32,163 nt of DNA from Catajapyx aquilonaris (Eukaryota): NCBI GenBank assembly GCA_000934665.2, contig KZ539145.1, positions 1 through 32,163 of the forward strand, written 5' to 3'. Below the pieces are notes generated by a model. The model was not told the origin of the DNA and did no database searches. It saw only the letters and a program-made list of their open reading frames with translations. Below are positions 13,101-22,700 of the stretch, one piece after another; position 1 is the stretch's first letter, and each line of letters starts with the position of its first letter. The translations under genes were made by a program, and so were the position numbers.

Positions 13101-15494
13101 TAAAATATCTACTGTGATATGTGAATTAACCATAGGCTCCTTGCAAATGTTGGTGCCCATTAAATGGTTTGACTATTTTTTACAGGTTGATCGTTGAATT
13201 ATAGGGGTTTTTAATGTTCACAAATTCATCAAATCTTTTAACTATTTTTCCATTTTAAAATTTTAAATTAACGAATCCCAAGTAAAATGCCTAGTTTGTA
13301 ATAAAAAAAATGTCAATATTGAGCATGCAGCTACTACTGAAGTGATTGCCTTTCGTTGCAGTTGAACAGGTGGCTGTATCTGGACTGTCCTTATTTGCAG
13401 CTCCTCCGAGCCAGTCTACAGGTGAGCGTCCATCATCTGTCCCAACATACTCTCTGCCTACAGCAGCATACTACTACGACACCTCCACAGGCTACCAGGT
13501 GGCAGCCACTCCACTCGTTGCACACCACTACACTTCCTCCTCCGTCCCGTACTCAGTGCAGACCACTGCAACTACCATCCGCCCTGGCGGCAGCACTGTA
13601 GGAGGAGGAGCAGCGGCTGTGCATAGCATTGTGACTGCTGCTCCTGTAGTAACCACCCCAGGGACGTCTGTCAGGATAAACCCTGTCATGGTTCTGGACC
13701 ATAGGTCTGCAGCAAGTGGGAGGCCAGCATCAGTGCCAGTCACTTCTTACACTGACGGGCTAACCTCATCAAGTGGACATCAGCTTGTGCATGATGGGAT
13801 TCCACAGAGCCCCCAGCATTACCAGACGACGCTCAAACCTAACGTGTCTCCTCGGCCCAGCATACTTAGGAAGCGAGACACTGAAGGGTCAGTATTAGTG
13901 CCTGTGCACTGGCTTATTTTTTATCTTTATACTCAGAAGTTTAAGAATATAATTTTAATTAACACCATTCCTTTTCTTCACCTCCAGATCAATATCAAGG
14001 GTGCAAAAGAACTTGACAGCAACACTCTCAGCCTTGCCCTCCTCTTCCTCCTCATTGCATCACTCCTTGCCCACACTTCCTCTCCCATCACTTCCCCAGT
14101 CCTCCTCCTCGTCCTGTCCACCATCGCCTCCACCTTCTTCTCCCCGGAGGCCCAACTCAGCTGGTAACGGCCATTCCTCCAATGGTTCCACCACTATCTC
14201 AGCCACCTCCTCACCTGGGGTTCCATTGGAAGGGAATGAAGACTCGTCCAGCATGAAGCAGGAAGCTATGGAGGATGAGGTCATCTCAACGTTACCCCCA
14301 TTTGAGGTCAGCCCCAGAAAGAAGCCCAGAAAGCAGCAATTGTAAGTATTTTCATTTAATAAGTCAAATGTTTGTGTCGAGCCCAGGGCAAGGGGGGAGG
14401 GTGAAAGGAAAGGCAAGGAGACACTAGCCAAGAAAACACCTTCAAATCATCTCAGCTGTTGCTTGATTAATTCCACCTTAGTTGCAATATTATTCTTGCC
14501 CTGCGAACTAAATTAATTACAAAATTAATATAAGGTGATACATTTTTGAATGGGATGGTTGTCCCATGGCAGCATTCTTTGATGGATTTGCATTACTTGT
14601 CATGTTATCAAATAACTCCTATATTTTAGTGTGGAGTTCCGCACCCATGAACTCCACGAGACAAGATCAAGTGAAGAGGACATGGAATTTTTAACAGACG
14701 AACGCCTGACCCATGGGGGCCCAGCTGGCCGGTCCTCCATGGTGGATGAGGAAGAGAGGCCATATGTGCCTAAAAAGCCCCGTGTTTACCTCCTAAATAC
14801 CTATAAACATCAATGGAAATCTCGGCACAACCACTTCCAACGCTACAGTGACGTGAAGCCCAAGGACGAAAGGAGACCAACAGTTAGCGAGTTGGCCAAT
14901 CAGAAGCAGGTGCTGCAGAAGGTGCAGGGATGGAAAATTTTTCACCTGGGCACGCAAATGGAAGACTTGGTGAGGCTTGCTCCATAATTAGCTTAATTTC
15001 TTAGTGGCAGTAAGGATGCTCCCATTACAGCCTTTGATTGAGCTTATCGATTTATGAGCAAGAGTTCTTGTGTAGGAAATGCTTGCCTCTCACAGGGTGT
15101 TAAATCTAGTGCAGTTTGAAGCTTGCAAGACTTGATGAGGGTGTTCTCGGTTGCAGGTGGACCTGGAGGCTGAGGTGTATGGGAAGCTGTCCCAAATACT
15201 TAGGGTGATGGAGAACGATGTCGGAAAGGATGAGAGAGACCTGAATGGAATTAATGAACTGATCAAGGTGAGTTAATATTTAGAGTAGGAATTGATGATA
15301 TTTGATGGGTAATTTGCTAATTACAATGATTTGTTTCATCTTAGGGCAACATGCAGAGGAGCAAAGTGATCAAAGACCAAGTGTCGGAAGCAAAATGCCA
15401 AGTGGTGAAGATAGTGGACCACAAACACCGCGTGACAGACATAGTGAACAAGTACATAAATAAAAGGCCCATAAAGAAACGAGACAAGACGTAG
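1057..15494 (+). CDS. SAP130: Histone deacetylase complex subunit SAP130 (Sin3A-associated protein 130), whole spliced gene model; 14 coding exons, 3417 nt, about 1138 aa
   Basis: Manual exon joining with canonical GT-AG sites gives consistent phases at all 13 introns. Motifs recognised from SAP130 proteins: HVPRGAAAVA, SPRPSILRKR, SPRKKPRKQQ, WKSRHNHFQRYSDVKPK, ANQK..QGWKIFHL..QMEDL, NELIKGNMQRSK..DQ..EAK..DHK. The N-terminal two thirds are S/T/P/A/V-rich low complexity, as expected for the family. Confidence 0.95.
2429..2555 (+). CDS. SAP130: SAP130 coding exon 2 (VQFRSTSIARAIVPLRSSSPSG...AASKS)
   Basis: Acceptor ctcttgtgttgctAG; donor TCAG|GTGAGG; open frame, phase 0 to 1. Confidence 0.75.
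3278..3526 (+). CDS. SAP130: SAP130 coding exon 3 (...AASHVASFHVPR)
   Basis: Acceptor cctttctttcAG; donor AGAG|GTAAGC; phase 1 to 1; begins the HxPRGAAA motif. Confidence 0.88.
3709..3832 (+). CDS. SAP130: SAP130 coding exon 4 (GAAAVASLANPRAALATPILRP...)
   Basis: Acceptor ggtttcAG; donor GT|GTATGT; phase 1 to 2; completes the PRGAAAVA motif. Confidence 0.88.
5292..5632 (+). CDS. SAP130: SAP130 coding exon 5 (YPGGLCGSG...RATSIA)
   Basis: Acceptor ttattttggacAG; donor GCAG|GTATGG; phase 2 to 1; S/T/A/G-rich. Confidence 0.88.
5745..5845 (+). CDS. SAP130: SAP130 coding exon 6 (VNARAPTPPNRIGAESWLP...QHGH)
   Basis: Acceptor ttttaaatttAG; donor CAT|GTAAGT; phase 1 to 0. Confidence 0.85.
6461..6660. 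mobile_element. Possible degenerate short MITE with hAT-like ends
   Basis: Ends AGGTGGCCAGA and TCTGGCAACG are short imperfect inverted repeats resembling GGTTGCCAGA-type termini; no clear target-site duplication. Confidence 0.3.
6911..7363 (+). CDS. SAP130: SAP130 coding exon 7 (IHLAEKSFLKAVPN...PAVGSK)
   Basis: Acceptor ttggttttAG; donor AAG|GTATGC; 453 nt, phase 0 to 0; T/S/P-rich. Confidence 0.88.
7660..7877. mobile_element. 218-bp MITE/foldback element with 71-bp inverted arms
   Basis: 7660-7730 is the reverse complement of 7807-7877 with 7 mismatches. Flanks GGATAGGCA and GGATGGCG resemble a decayed target-site duplication. Confidence 0.8.
8570..8895 (-). mobile_element. tRNA-derived SINE (antisense, intronic)
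   Basis: On the minus strand: Pol III A-box TGGCCAAGATGG (8891-8880) and B-box GGTTCGATCCC (8847-8837) at tRNA-like spacing, then a body of about 250 nt ending in AAAAGA(TAATTG)2. Boundaries are approximate. Confidence 0.6.
9018..9146. repeat. About 130-bp near-palindromic inverted repeat (probable MITE)
   Basis: GGTTCTAACAGTTATCGCAAATTTCACCC...TGTGTAGCTT pairs with AGGTTACACA...GGGTGAAATTTGCAATAACTGTTAGGACC; arms of about 53 bp with a short spacer. Confidence 0.75.
10945..11104 (+). CDS. SAP130: SAP130 coding exon 8 (ILAQSGHGPAIHISQVP...SMRT)
   Basis: Acceptor ttcttctttctgcAG; donor ACAG|GTCAGT; phase 0 to 1. Confidence 0.88.
11327..11608 (+). CDS. SAP130: SAP130 coding exon 9 (VTYTAAVTSG...IPVAKVYPQ...HRASP)
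   Basis: Acceptor ...catggcAG; donor CCCA|GTAAGT; phase 1 to 1; contains the SAP130-like IPVAKVxPQ motif. Confidence 0.88.
11805..12755. mobile_element. Non-autonomous Tc1/mariner-type DNA transposon (MITE) with long terminal inverted repeats
   Basis: TA|CAGGGTGAAGGGAAACTC...GAGTTTCCCTTCACCCTG|TA. Inverted arms of about 100 bp (11805-11907 versus 12655-12755); TA on both flanks; no transposase ORF. Confidence 0.85.
11908..12143. mobile_element. 236-bp TTAA-flanked MITE nested in the left inverted repeat of the larger element
   Basis: TTAA at 11904-11907 and 12144-12147. Termini TACGTATGGCACCGTCAAAGT and ACTTTAAAGGGTGCCGTACGCA are imperfect inverted repeats. Removing the insert restores the host element's arm. 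Confidence 0.8.
13362..13887 (+). CDS. SAP130: SAP130 coding exon 10 (...AAYYYD...SPRPSILRKRDTEG); the start may instead be 13401
   Basis: Acceptor cctttcgttgcAG (an in-frame alternative ccttatttgcAG ends at 13400); donor GG|GTCAGT; phase 1 to 2; conserved SPRPSILRK. Confidence 0.9.
13988..14341 (+). CDS. SAP130: SAP130 coding exon 11 (SISRVQKNL...SPRKKPRKQQ)
   Basis: Acceptor ttttcttcacctccAG; donor TT|GTAAGT; phase 2 to 2; conserved basic SPRKKPRKQQ motif. Confidence 0.93.
14630..14969 (+). CDS. SAP130: SAP130 coding exon 12, core of the SAP130 C-terminal domain
   Basis: Acceptor atattttAG; donor TTG|GTGAGG; phase 2 to 0; WKSRHNHFQRYSDVKPKDERRPTVSELANQK...GWKIFHL..QMEDL. Confidence 0.96.
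15157..15267 (+). CDS. SAP130: SAP130 coding exon 13 (VDLEAEVYGKLSQILRVME...INELIK)
   Basis: Acceptor ttctcggttgcAG; donor AAG|GTGAGT; 111 nt, phase 0 to 0. Too short to appear in the ORF track. Confidence 0.93.
15345..15494 (+). CDS. SAP130: SAP130 terminal coding exon (GNMQRSKVIKDQVSEAK...KRPIKKRDKT*)
   Basis: Acceptor ttgtttcatcttAG; ends in tandem TAG TAG; matches the SAP130 C-terminal GNxQR..DQ..EA..DHK pattern. Confidence 0.94.
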   Translation, partial: GNMQRSKVIKDQVSEAKCQVVKIVDHKHRVTDIVNKYINKRPIKKRDKT

Positions 15495-16455
15495 TAGATT
15501 GAGTGGCGGGAGGTGGTGAGGACTGGAATGAATCCTAATTATTGCAACAATAATTATGGAGACAAAGTGGGTGCCGCAGAAACTATGCTCAGGATCATGC
15601 AGTGGCTTCTGGAAAGTTTACAGGACACATGATGTGCGAAAAATCCGACACGTTGATGCTGCTGAAGAAAGCATTTTATTTTTGACCAGTGCCAAGTTAG
15701 GGGGGAGAATCCGAGGTGAGCTACGTCTGGAGAAGGAAATATTGCAAGCTTTTTTTCTGTGTGTGTGTTATATTGTCGCTTGCAATCACAAAATTATAAT
15801 TAATGTTATTGATTTTTTTTTTTGAACCAGTGGCCTTGTGCCAATCTTTCTCATATCAACCGGCAAAAAAATGGAGGTTTTATGCAAAGTGTCTCCTCCA
15901 ACCCGGCAGAAAGACATTATTACGACCAGGGGAGGAGGGGACAGCAATCAAGTTGTGCAAATTACAATGTATGCATTTTACGTTATTTTTTTGCTGGAGA
16001 TCTGAGTTTTATTGCATAATACTGTAAAAGATATGTCGAACTGTCTTTCCTGGGGCCGTTTATAGCCCCCTGAAAGTGTAAATGATCTTTCTGTACAAAA
16101 GGGAATTTTTTATTTGACTCGAAAAAAAGCAATGAAATTGACAATGGGCCCATTGCAATATATTTGTTATTTTTTTCTAAAAAGCCATTCAAGTTTTATA
16201 AAAACTGCAGGACATAATAAATGACAAATGGAAGTACTGTAAGTGTAATTCTGAAGCGTAAGACAAGTTTTTTTTTTAAACTGCCACTTTTTGGTGGCGT
16301 GACTGGGAATGTCATGTTAAAAAATATATATCTTGCTTTTTTTGTTGAAGAGATTACTTTGGTACAAAAATCCAGTGACCAAAAAAAAAAAACAAATTTT
16401 CTTTTTGTAGGTTGCTGTAATATGCCAAAAAAATATTACATGACTGCTTAAAAAT

Positions 16456-16461
16456 AATAAA
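16456..16461 (+). terminator. Probable polyadenylation signal (AATAAA) of SAP130, implying an AU-rich 3' UTR of about 1 kb
   Basis: AATAAA at the end of an A/T-rich tract after the stop codon, followed by GT-rich sequence. Confidence 0.55.
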
Positions 16462-16499
16462 ACACTTTTTTAAATATAACACTGATGTTGGCATTGCAA

Positions 16500-17200
16500 T
16501 CGCACTTAATGTTTGTCGAGGTAAGTATGTGGCTGCCCCCGTTTTTGGGAGTGGGATCTGGAAAATGTAGGCCAGCCATTATTGATTAGCATCGTTACGC
16601 AACGAAGGCCAGCTAAAAGCAGAATCGCGCAGAAATTTTAAATCCTGCCCCCCCAGCCCTACCCCCCTCTTGAATTTGCACTGAAATTGTGGCAAAAATC
16701 TGGTTGTCTGCACGCTCCCGCCATCTGTCGGAAATGTGACGAATCACTCCGCGGATTGATACGTGCAATTGCAGTTGCTGCTTATCACCTGAATATCGGC
16801 TATGAAATTACAATTGCAGTAAGGACAAGTGAAGATGTGGACAATTTGCTGCAATTTTAGTAGCCTATTGCGATTTTTCGTGCGGGTTAAATTCAGGGGG
16901 TTTGTTTCAGTGGCGGAGTTGTTTCCGGGGGTTGCGTGAGGCGGCTTTTGAAACGACACCTAAATCCAAAATGGCGGCCGTTTGTGTTTGTAAATTGAAT
17001 TGATCCGCATTGTTTTGATCTCGTGGTGGGGGGGGAGGGATTTGTTTCCCTGGCATTTTCTCGGCGGGTCAAGGCCATGTCGAGGAGGTGTGATCGCCAG
17101 CACTGAAGAGGTGGGTGGTCAGCGGGTAGCAAGGGGGATAAAAAAAGAGGGTGACCCAACTAGGGAGATACGTTCAGTGTGCTGGGGTCGTAGTGCAAAA
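16500..17200 (+). promoter_or_regulatory. Promoter-proximal-like region with a consensus splice donor and YY1/Pho-type motifs
   Basis: GAG|GTAAGT donor at 16520/16521; CAAAATGGCGGC at 16967-16978 and CCGCCATCT at 16718-16726; locally raised CpG compared with the flanks. Confidence 0.35.
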
Positions 17201-19643
17201 TGGTGCGAAACAATGGGTGGAAATGACAGTCCCGTGCAGATAATCTGGGAGTGTCACTTTTCACCTGGAGTGGGAGGCATCCGGTTGCACCACGGCTTGT
17301 CTTTCACATTGTTGTGGTAGTCAGCTGATTGCTGCGATTCATTGAGACCATGCAGGGTTTTGATCAAAATGCAGATTCAGGGTGACCCGAGGCAATGGGG
17401 TCCACCTTGTGTCGTGACTGTCATCATATCTGAAATGTTGCATGCAATTCTTTTCCAGGGAGTGATCGGCCTTGTTGTGCGCTGCCGTCATATTGGTTGG
17501 GGAGTTGTGGAAATGTGGTGGACGTGCAGCTGAGGGAAGGTAGTTTCCTGCCAGTTTAAACGCAATAAGACAGTGCCAAAGAGGGGAAGGTGACAAAGGG
17601 ACTGTGCTTCCGTCGCATGTGCTTGACTTTTGCTGTGGGAGAGATGGCTTTCAATGAGGTGAGTACTTTTGTTTACAGTCTCGGAGGCACTGCTGGATGC
17701 TTCTGTTGTGGTTTCATGTGTGTGTTCAGTTGCGTGAGGAAACAGCTATTGGGGTGGCAATACTGCAATGCAGACAATGTAACCTTCTCATAACAGATGC
17801 GAGTAGTTTGAAAAGTTTCCTATTCTTCCTATACCATATGATAGATCGAGACTATGAAAACAATTGTCACAGGAAAAAGAGGTAATTAAAGTATGCAATT
17901 TCGAGCAATGTATTTGGTTACTGCAGTTGATACACAGTAATAACTCATCCGAAAGTATTCCTCAACAATGCAGTGAATGTAAAGCAAAGTCATCATTTGT
18001 GTCACAGTGTCTTCTTCGCGTGAATTTGTAAGGATTGTGAAGATGCGGCCACCAGTTCGATGCTATGCATTTGTAAGGCAACATGGAATGTGCCTCATTT
18101 TCAAGTGCTTGTATTCAGTCACAGATACAGTTTGCATGATATTATGCAGGAATTCACAGCAGCTGTGTGGTGTGCTGACTTGAACAATAAGTTTTGTTTA
18201 GGCAAGGTTGGCTCTGGTATGCAAATAACAGGTACAAGCTGTCCATTGTATGGTGAAAAATACATTGCTTGCAGAGCCAGCCATAAGTGACTCTTTAGGC
18301 TGTGTTTGCCTGTAGCCCCTTTTTAAAACACGGATGAAAATTGAGTGCAATTGATAAGAAAATATCTTGACATCATGTGTCAGTCTTTGTTCAAAGCAAT
18401 TGATGGAAATGAGCCGTATTAAATAAGATACCAATGGCTGGATGAGAGATTTATTTGAAGAGTAATGTTGCATAATAACCCGGCTGATTCAGCTATTTAA
18501 GCTGGTGAAGGTGCACATATGACTAATGGATTATGTAATTGGCAGAAGTGCAATTAAGGAGACTTCCTGACATCAAGTAATTGCCTCATGTGAGGTAAAT
18601 CCAGGTGGAGGTATGACAAGTATTGAATCTGGGTAATAATCCATTGTTTTATTACAACTGACCTTCAGCTACACACAAAGAGTGGAAGGTTTTATGATTT
18701 TAAGCTTTACAACAAAATTGTCCTGCAATCACTGAATTATGGATGGCAGTGGGTAAAAAAAAATTGTGTATTCAGTCCGCCATGTAAAAATTGAGGGCTT
18801 TATCAGTATCTCATACTATGGACCATTTCCAATGACAGATTGGTCAGGCAGGTATTTGTTTATTGATATTGAAGTATGCCATCCACGAGGAGGAAAACAC
18901 TGCATATGCAGTTAATAACACATGGCTAATTTTCATAATATTCTAGTTGTAAACATCAAAGGAAACTGTTCCTGTAGTTTCTGTTCACTCATTTCTTTAC
19001 TCCTTGGAGAACTCGCTATACTACAGAAATAATTGTCACATCAACATGTGTTGGATGTGGAGCAGTCAGCTGATTACATGAATGCTGTCGAAAATGATCT
19101 TGTTATTTCATCAGTCTCTTGCATGAAGAAAAGCCACCAGTCAGCAAGTATCATTTCGACAGGCGTGTTTAGCTGTTTACACCGCAGTTGGTCCTTTCAT
19201 GTGCCAACTTGTAACGAGCATCATTCATATTCTCAAATGAACGTTGAAGACAGGCTTGTTGGGAAATGCTGTGAATCTACAGCAAAATGGAGGCTTGCAT
19301 AATCACTGTGCCCTTTTTCCATCCTTCATTTTGCAATATTTAGAGATCGCAAGGTTAGATTACGTCAGTCAGGGGAAATGAAGGTGCTCTGCTGTGGATT
19401 CCTTGGAATATAATTTAGCTGACTCCACGCACACCAGTGGTTACTTCATGAAACTACTTCCAATTTGGGATCCTTAATTTATCTTCCTACTTGAAAACAT
19501 TTACAATACATAATCTGATATTTTTTCCCCCCTGAAATTGCCTGTAGGTGTGTAACAAGACACCCATTGTGGCAAAGAATTATGAAGCACCATATAATTC
19601 CCTTTTTTTAATTATTGTGAAAGCGGGATGGGGGGGGGGGGGG

Positions 19644-19778
19644 NNNNNNNNNNNNNNNNNNNNNNNNNNNNNNNNNNNNNNNNNNNNNNNNNNNNNNNNN
19701 NNNNNNNNNNNNNNNNNNNNNNNNNNNNNNNNNNNNNNNNNNNNNNNNNNNNNNNNNNNNNNNNNNNNNNNNNNNNNN
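19644..19778. other. Assembly gap (135 N) flanked by poly-G runs
   Basis: Run of N directly visible. Confidence 0.99.
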
Positions 19779-22700
19779 GGGGGGGGGGGGGGGGAATTAG
19801 CGAGGGACCCCCACAGATGAGACCTAAGAAGCTGAACTCTGTTTTTAAGATTTAAGGGGAGAGAAATGATTTTGAACACATAAAAAATATTGATGACGGG
19901 AAGAACGATAAGATTCAAGGAAATCCGGATCCATGTTTCGCAGGAAGTATGTGCGGTAGTTTTTTATTATTATTTATTTTCTGCACACATTTTTTTCGCA
20001 GCAAATTACAGGTTGTCTGATGAAAAGTGGATCGTGATCGATGACGTTTGCCTTCCCATTGCAATATGGACCGTGTTATAAGGCCAGTGGACAGGGGCGG
20101 AGGCTGGCCCAGGATGTTAATTACAACCCCCACGCCGTTTTATCTGTGAAACACGATTCAAAGTCGGCAGGGAGGAGTCGTATCGGCATGGTTTATAACC
20201 CGTACCTGTTCCCTAATGTGGGGTGTAATTTTGCGTGTGATATGGTGCCCGTCATTGCTTTGGTGACGCTCACACATTAATGGGGCATTGTGATTATGCC
20301 AGGGATTATGTTCGGTTCGGTTGGTTTCTAAGGTCGGATTAGTGCAGGGTGACCTTTGGTATGAATTTCCAATAAATTGCAAATTGTCGCCTGAATTCTG
20401 GCCTTATACGAAACAAGCATCTTCTTCGACCAGCGACCGGTTGGAAATAAAGTATTGCCACCATATTTTTGTAGGCTAACCCAATTACTGCTAGGGTGTG
20501 ATTGAGTGTCTCCAACTTTTGCAGGCGAGGAAATAAAAGTCACGGATTGTGCCACTTGTTGCCGGTGATTGATGTCGTGGGGTCGTGTCGGAGCTATTGA
20601 TAGTTTGGAAGAAAAATAGTGGGCAAAGGCTAGGACATTTGGGGGGTCCAATTCCTGCCAGCCCATTTGTGTCACCTCCGCCTGATTCCTCCAGGTTCTC
20701 TTTTCCCCTGAAATTAATTAGCCCAATTTAAGATGGTAATAATCTATGGAGTAAATGAAGACGCTGAGAGGGTGGAGATAGAAAAGAAGGCGATGAATTG
20801 GGGAGCCTGGAGTTTCTGACTCGTAAATTGCGAAATTCCCGCTGTCCCTGAAGGACGTTCATAATTAAGATCCTAATTAGAGTACTAGGTACTGAATTAC
20901 ACAATGCAGTTAGTGGATTATTATGCCAATCGATTTAATAGAGCCAGCAAGGTTTCTTAAGGTCGGATTTCTATTAAAACCTTTCATTATTTCGCATTGA
21001 AGGTATTTGCTTAAAAGTTTGGAGTATAAAATGTATGTTAGGCTGTGCAAGGACTAATAAATTTTTTTCACGTTAGAGCAAGCAGGTAATGCGAACGAGG
21101 AAAATTAGAATGCCGGAGTTAATAAATGGTGCTTGGCTTCATTAAGGCAGAAATGCATATTGCATTAAATTGGGACCTGCCATAAGAGATGTCGAAAGCT
21201 GCAGTGTTTTCAACTTTAAATGAGCAGTTTGACCTTGGGACACTAACTTTTTTAAATGTCGACAGAAGATAAATTCGTAATCTCAGATGAGCATTGTTCA
21301 TTGTGGAATTTGAAACGCGGAAAAAAGCGAGTATGGTGTGATTACAACTTTGTGACGACATTCTGCAAATAATTATGAGATTAATTAGCTGCAGACAACT
21401 TTGGAGGGCAGGTGTAAACAAATCCCATGCCCCTTATTAATTAAAGTTGGAACTTTCAAGGGATTGTGTTCAGTATTGTATATTGTATATAGTTAGTAGC
21501 TGGCAGCACGTTACGTGTACTTGAAATATTGTATGACGATTTTATTCATACCCTTGACATATTCTGGCCCAAGTTCATTAAAATCACGTGGTCGATGAAT
21601 TGATTGTCATTTTGTGCCCGCACGAATCTTCCAATTTAGTAACTCCCTTTCCGGAAAAAGGACTCCCCTGACCATCAGCCCGTGAACCAGTTTTCCATTT
21701 CCCCCGTCACAATTCAGATTGCAAATTGGCAAATCGCATTTTGAGGCAACAATGATGTTTCGCCCTGGAAATTTGAAGCGAAGTGAGCAATCCGAAGATT
21801 CGATTACACTGCTGCGACACGGTTCATCGAATTCCGACGAGTTGAAAAAAAAAAAAAAAAAATGTCGAAGTGCAATGACTGATTCATTTGTAATTTGTAT
21901 GCAAATATCCGTTCTTTCGTATAGGGCACACGTGACTAGGATGCTGTATATATTTTTACTGCTGCATTTAGAATGTACAGGGTGCTGCTAGTTTTATTTT
22001 TCCAGAGCACGCATGCAGTAAAAACAAATTGGTCGTCCTGTGGATTTTCCGGATGTCACTCGGTGCTGCCTGGTCATTCATAAACGTCAGAGTGCAATTT
22101 GGGGATGAATGCAAATGGCCGTGTGATCTAAGAGGCGATGGTTTTATGTAACGGGATACACTGCGCCATTTTGCGGTGGACATTATGTTTGGCGCGAGGC
22201 AGGACAAACACTACGGTGCAATGATTATGGTTGGACACTAGAGTTTTTTTTTTTGTCATACTCTGGATGGAACAAAAGCTAGGTTTACTTCCTTATCGAG
22301 TGGGTTTTACCACTTGGGGGTATTATTATGTGAGCGGTACATGCGGAGATATCCGGGCTATCCGAGTGTGACGGCTTCCCGGTGTGGTTGGTACGTTTTT
22401 TTTTTTTTTTTTTTTTTAACGCCCTGGCAAATATTGTAATCCGGGGCTTGTGCATGGATGATTGGTGATGGATGTATGAAAAGGACTATTTTGGGGGTGG
22501 GGAACTAGGAAAGGCTAGCGCGTTGCGTTGCAGTGAAAGCGGGCGTTCGTTGGTGGATAAATTGTGAAAACATGTATGTAATTGGGCAATTAAATGTGAA
22601 TAATTATGAAGCCATGAGCTGTGAAACCTGCAATTTCGAGCTCTGTACCGGGCTAGGTCAATCATGAAACGGCGCAATTGATCTTTTTTCCTCCCCTCCA

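Noticed and set aside
3258..14431. Long minus-strand ORFs (3258-3653, 5292-5627, 6907-7371, 11313-11573, 14060-14431)
   Set aside because: They are antisense shadows of low-complexity SAP130 exons with no independent protein features.
18880..19330. Possible decayed LINE reverse-transcriptase remnant on the minus strand
   Set aside because: Only a faint FSTAF-like stretch; no continuous motif series could be read.
19548..19918. ORFs spanning poly-G and N runs
   Set aside because: They are open only because of the assembly gap.
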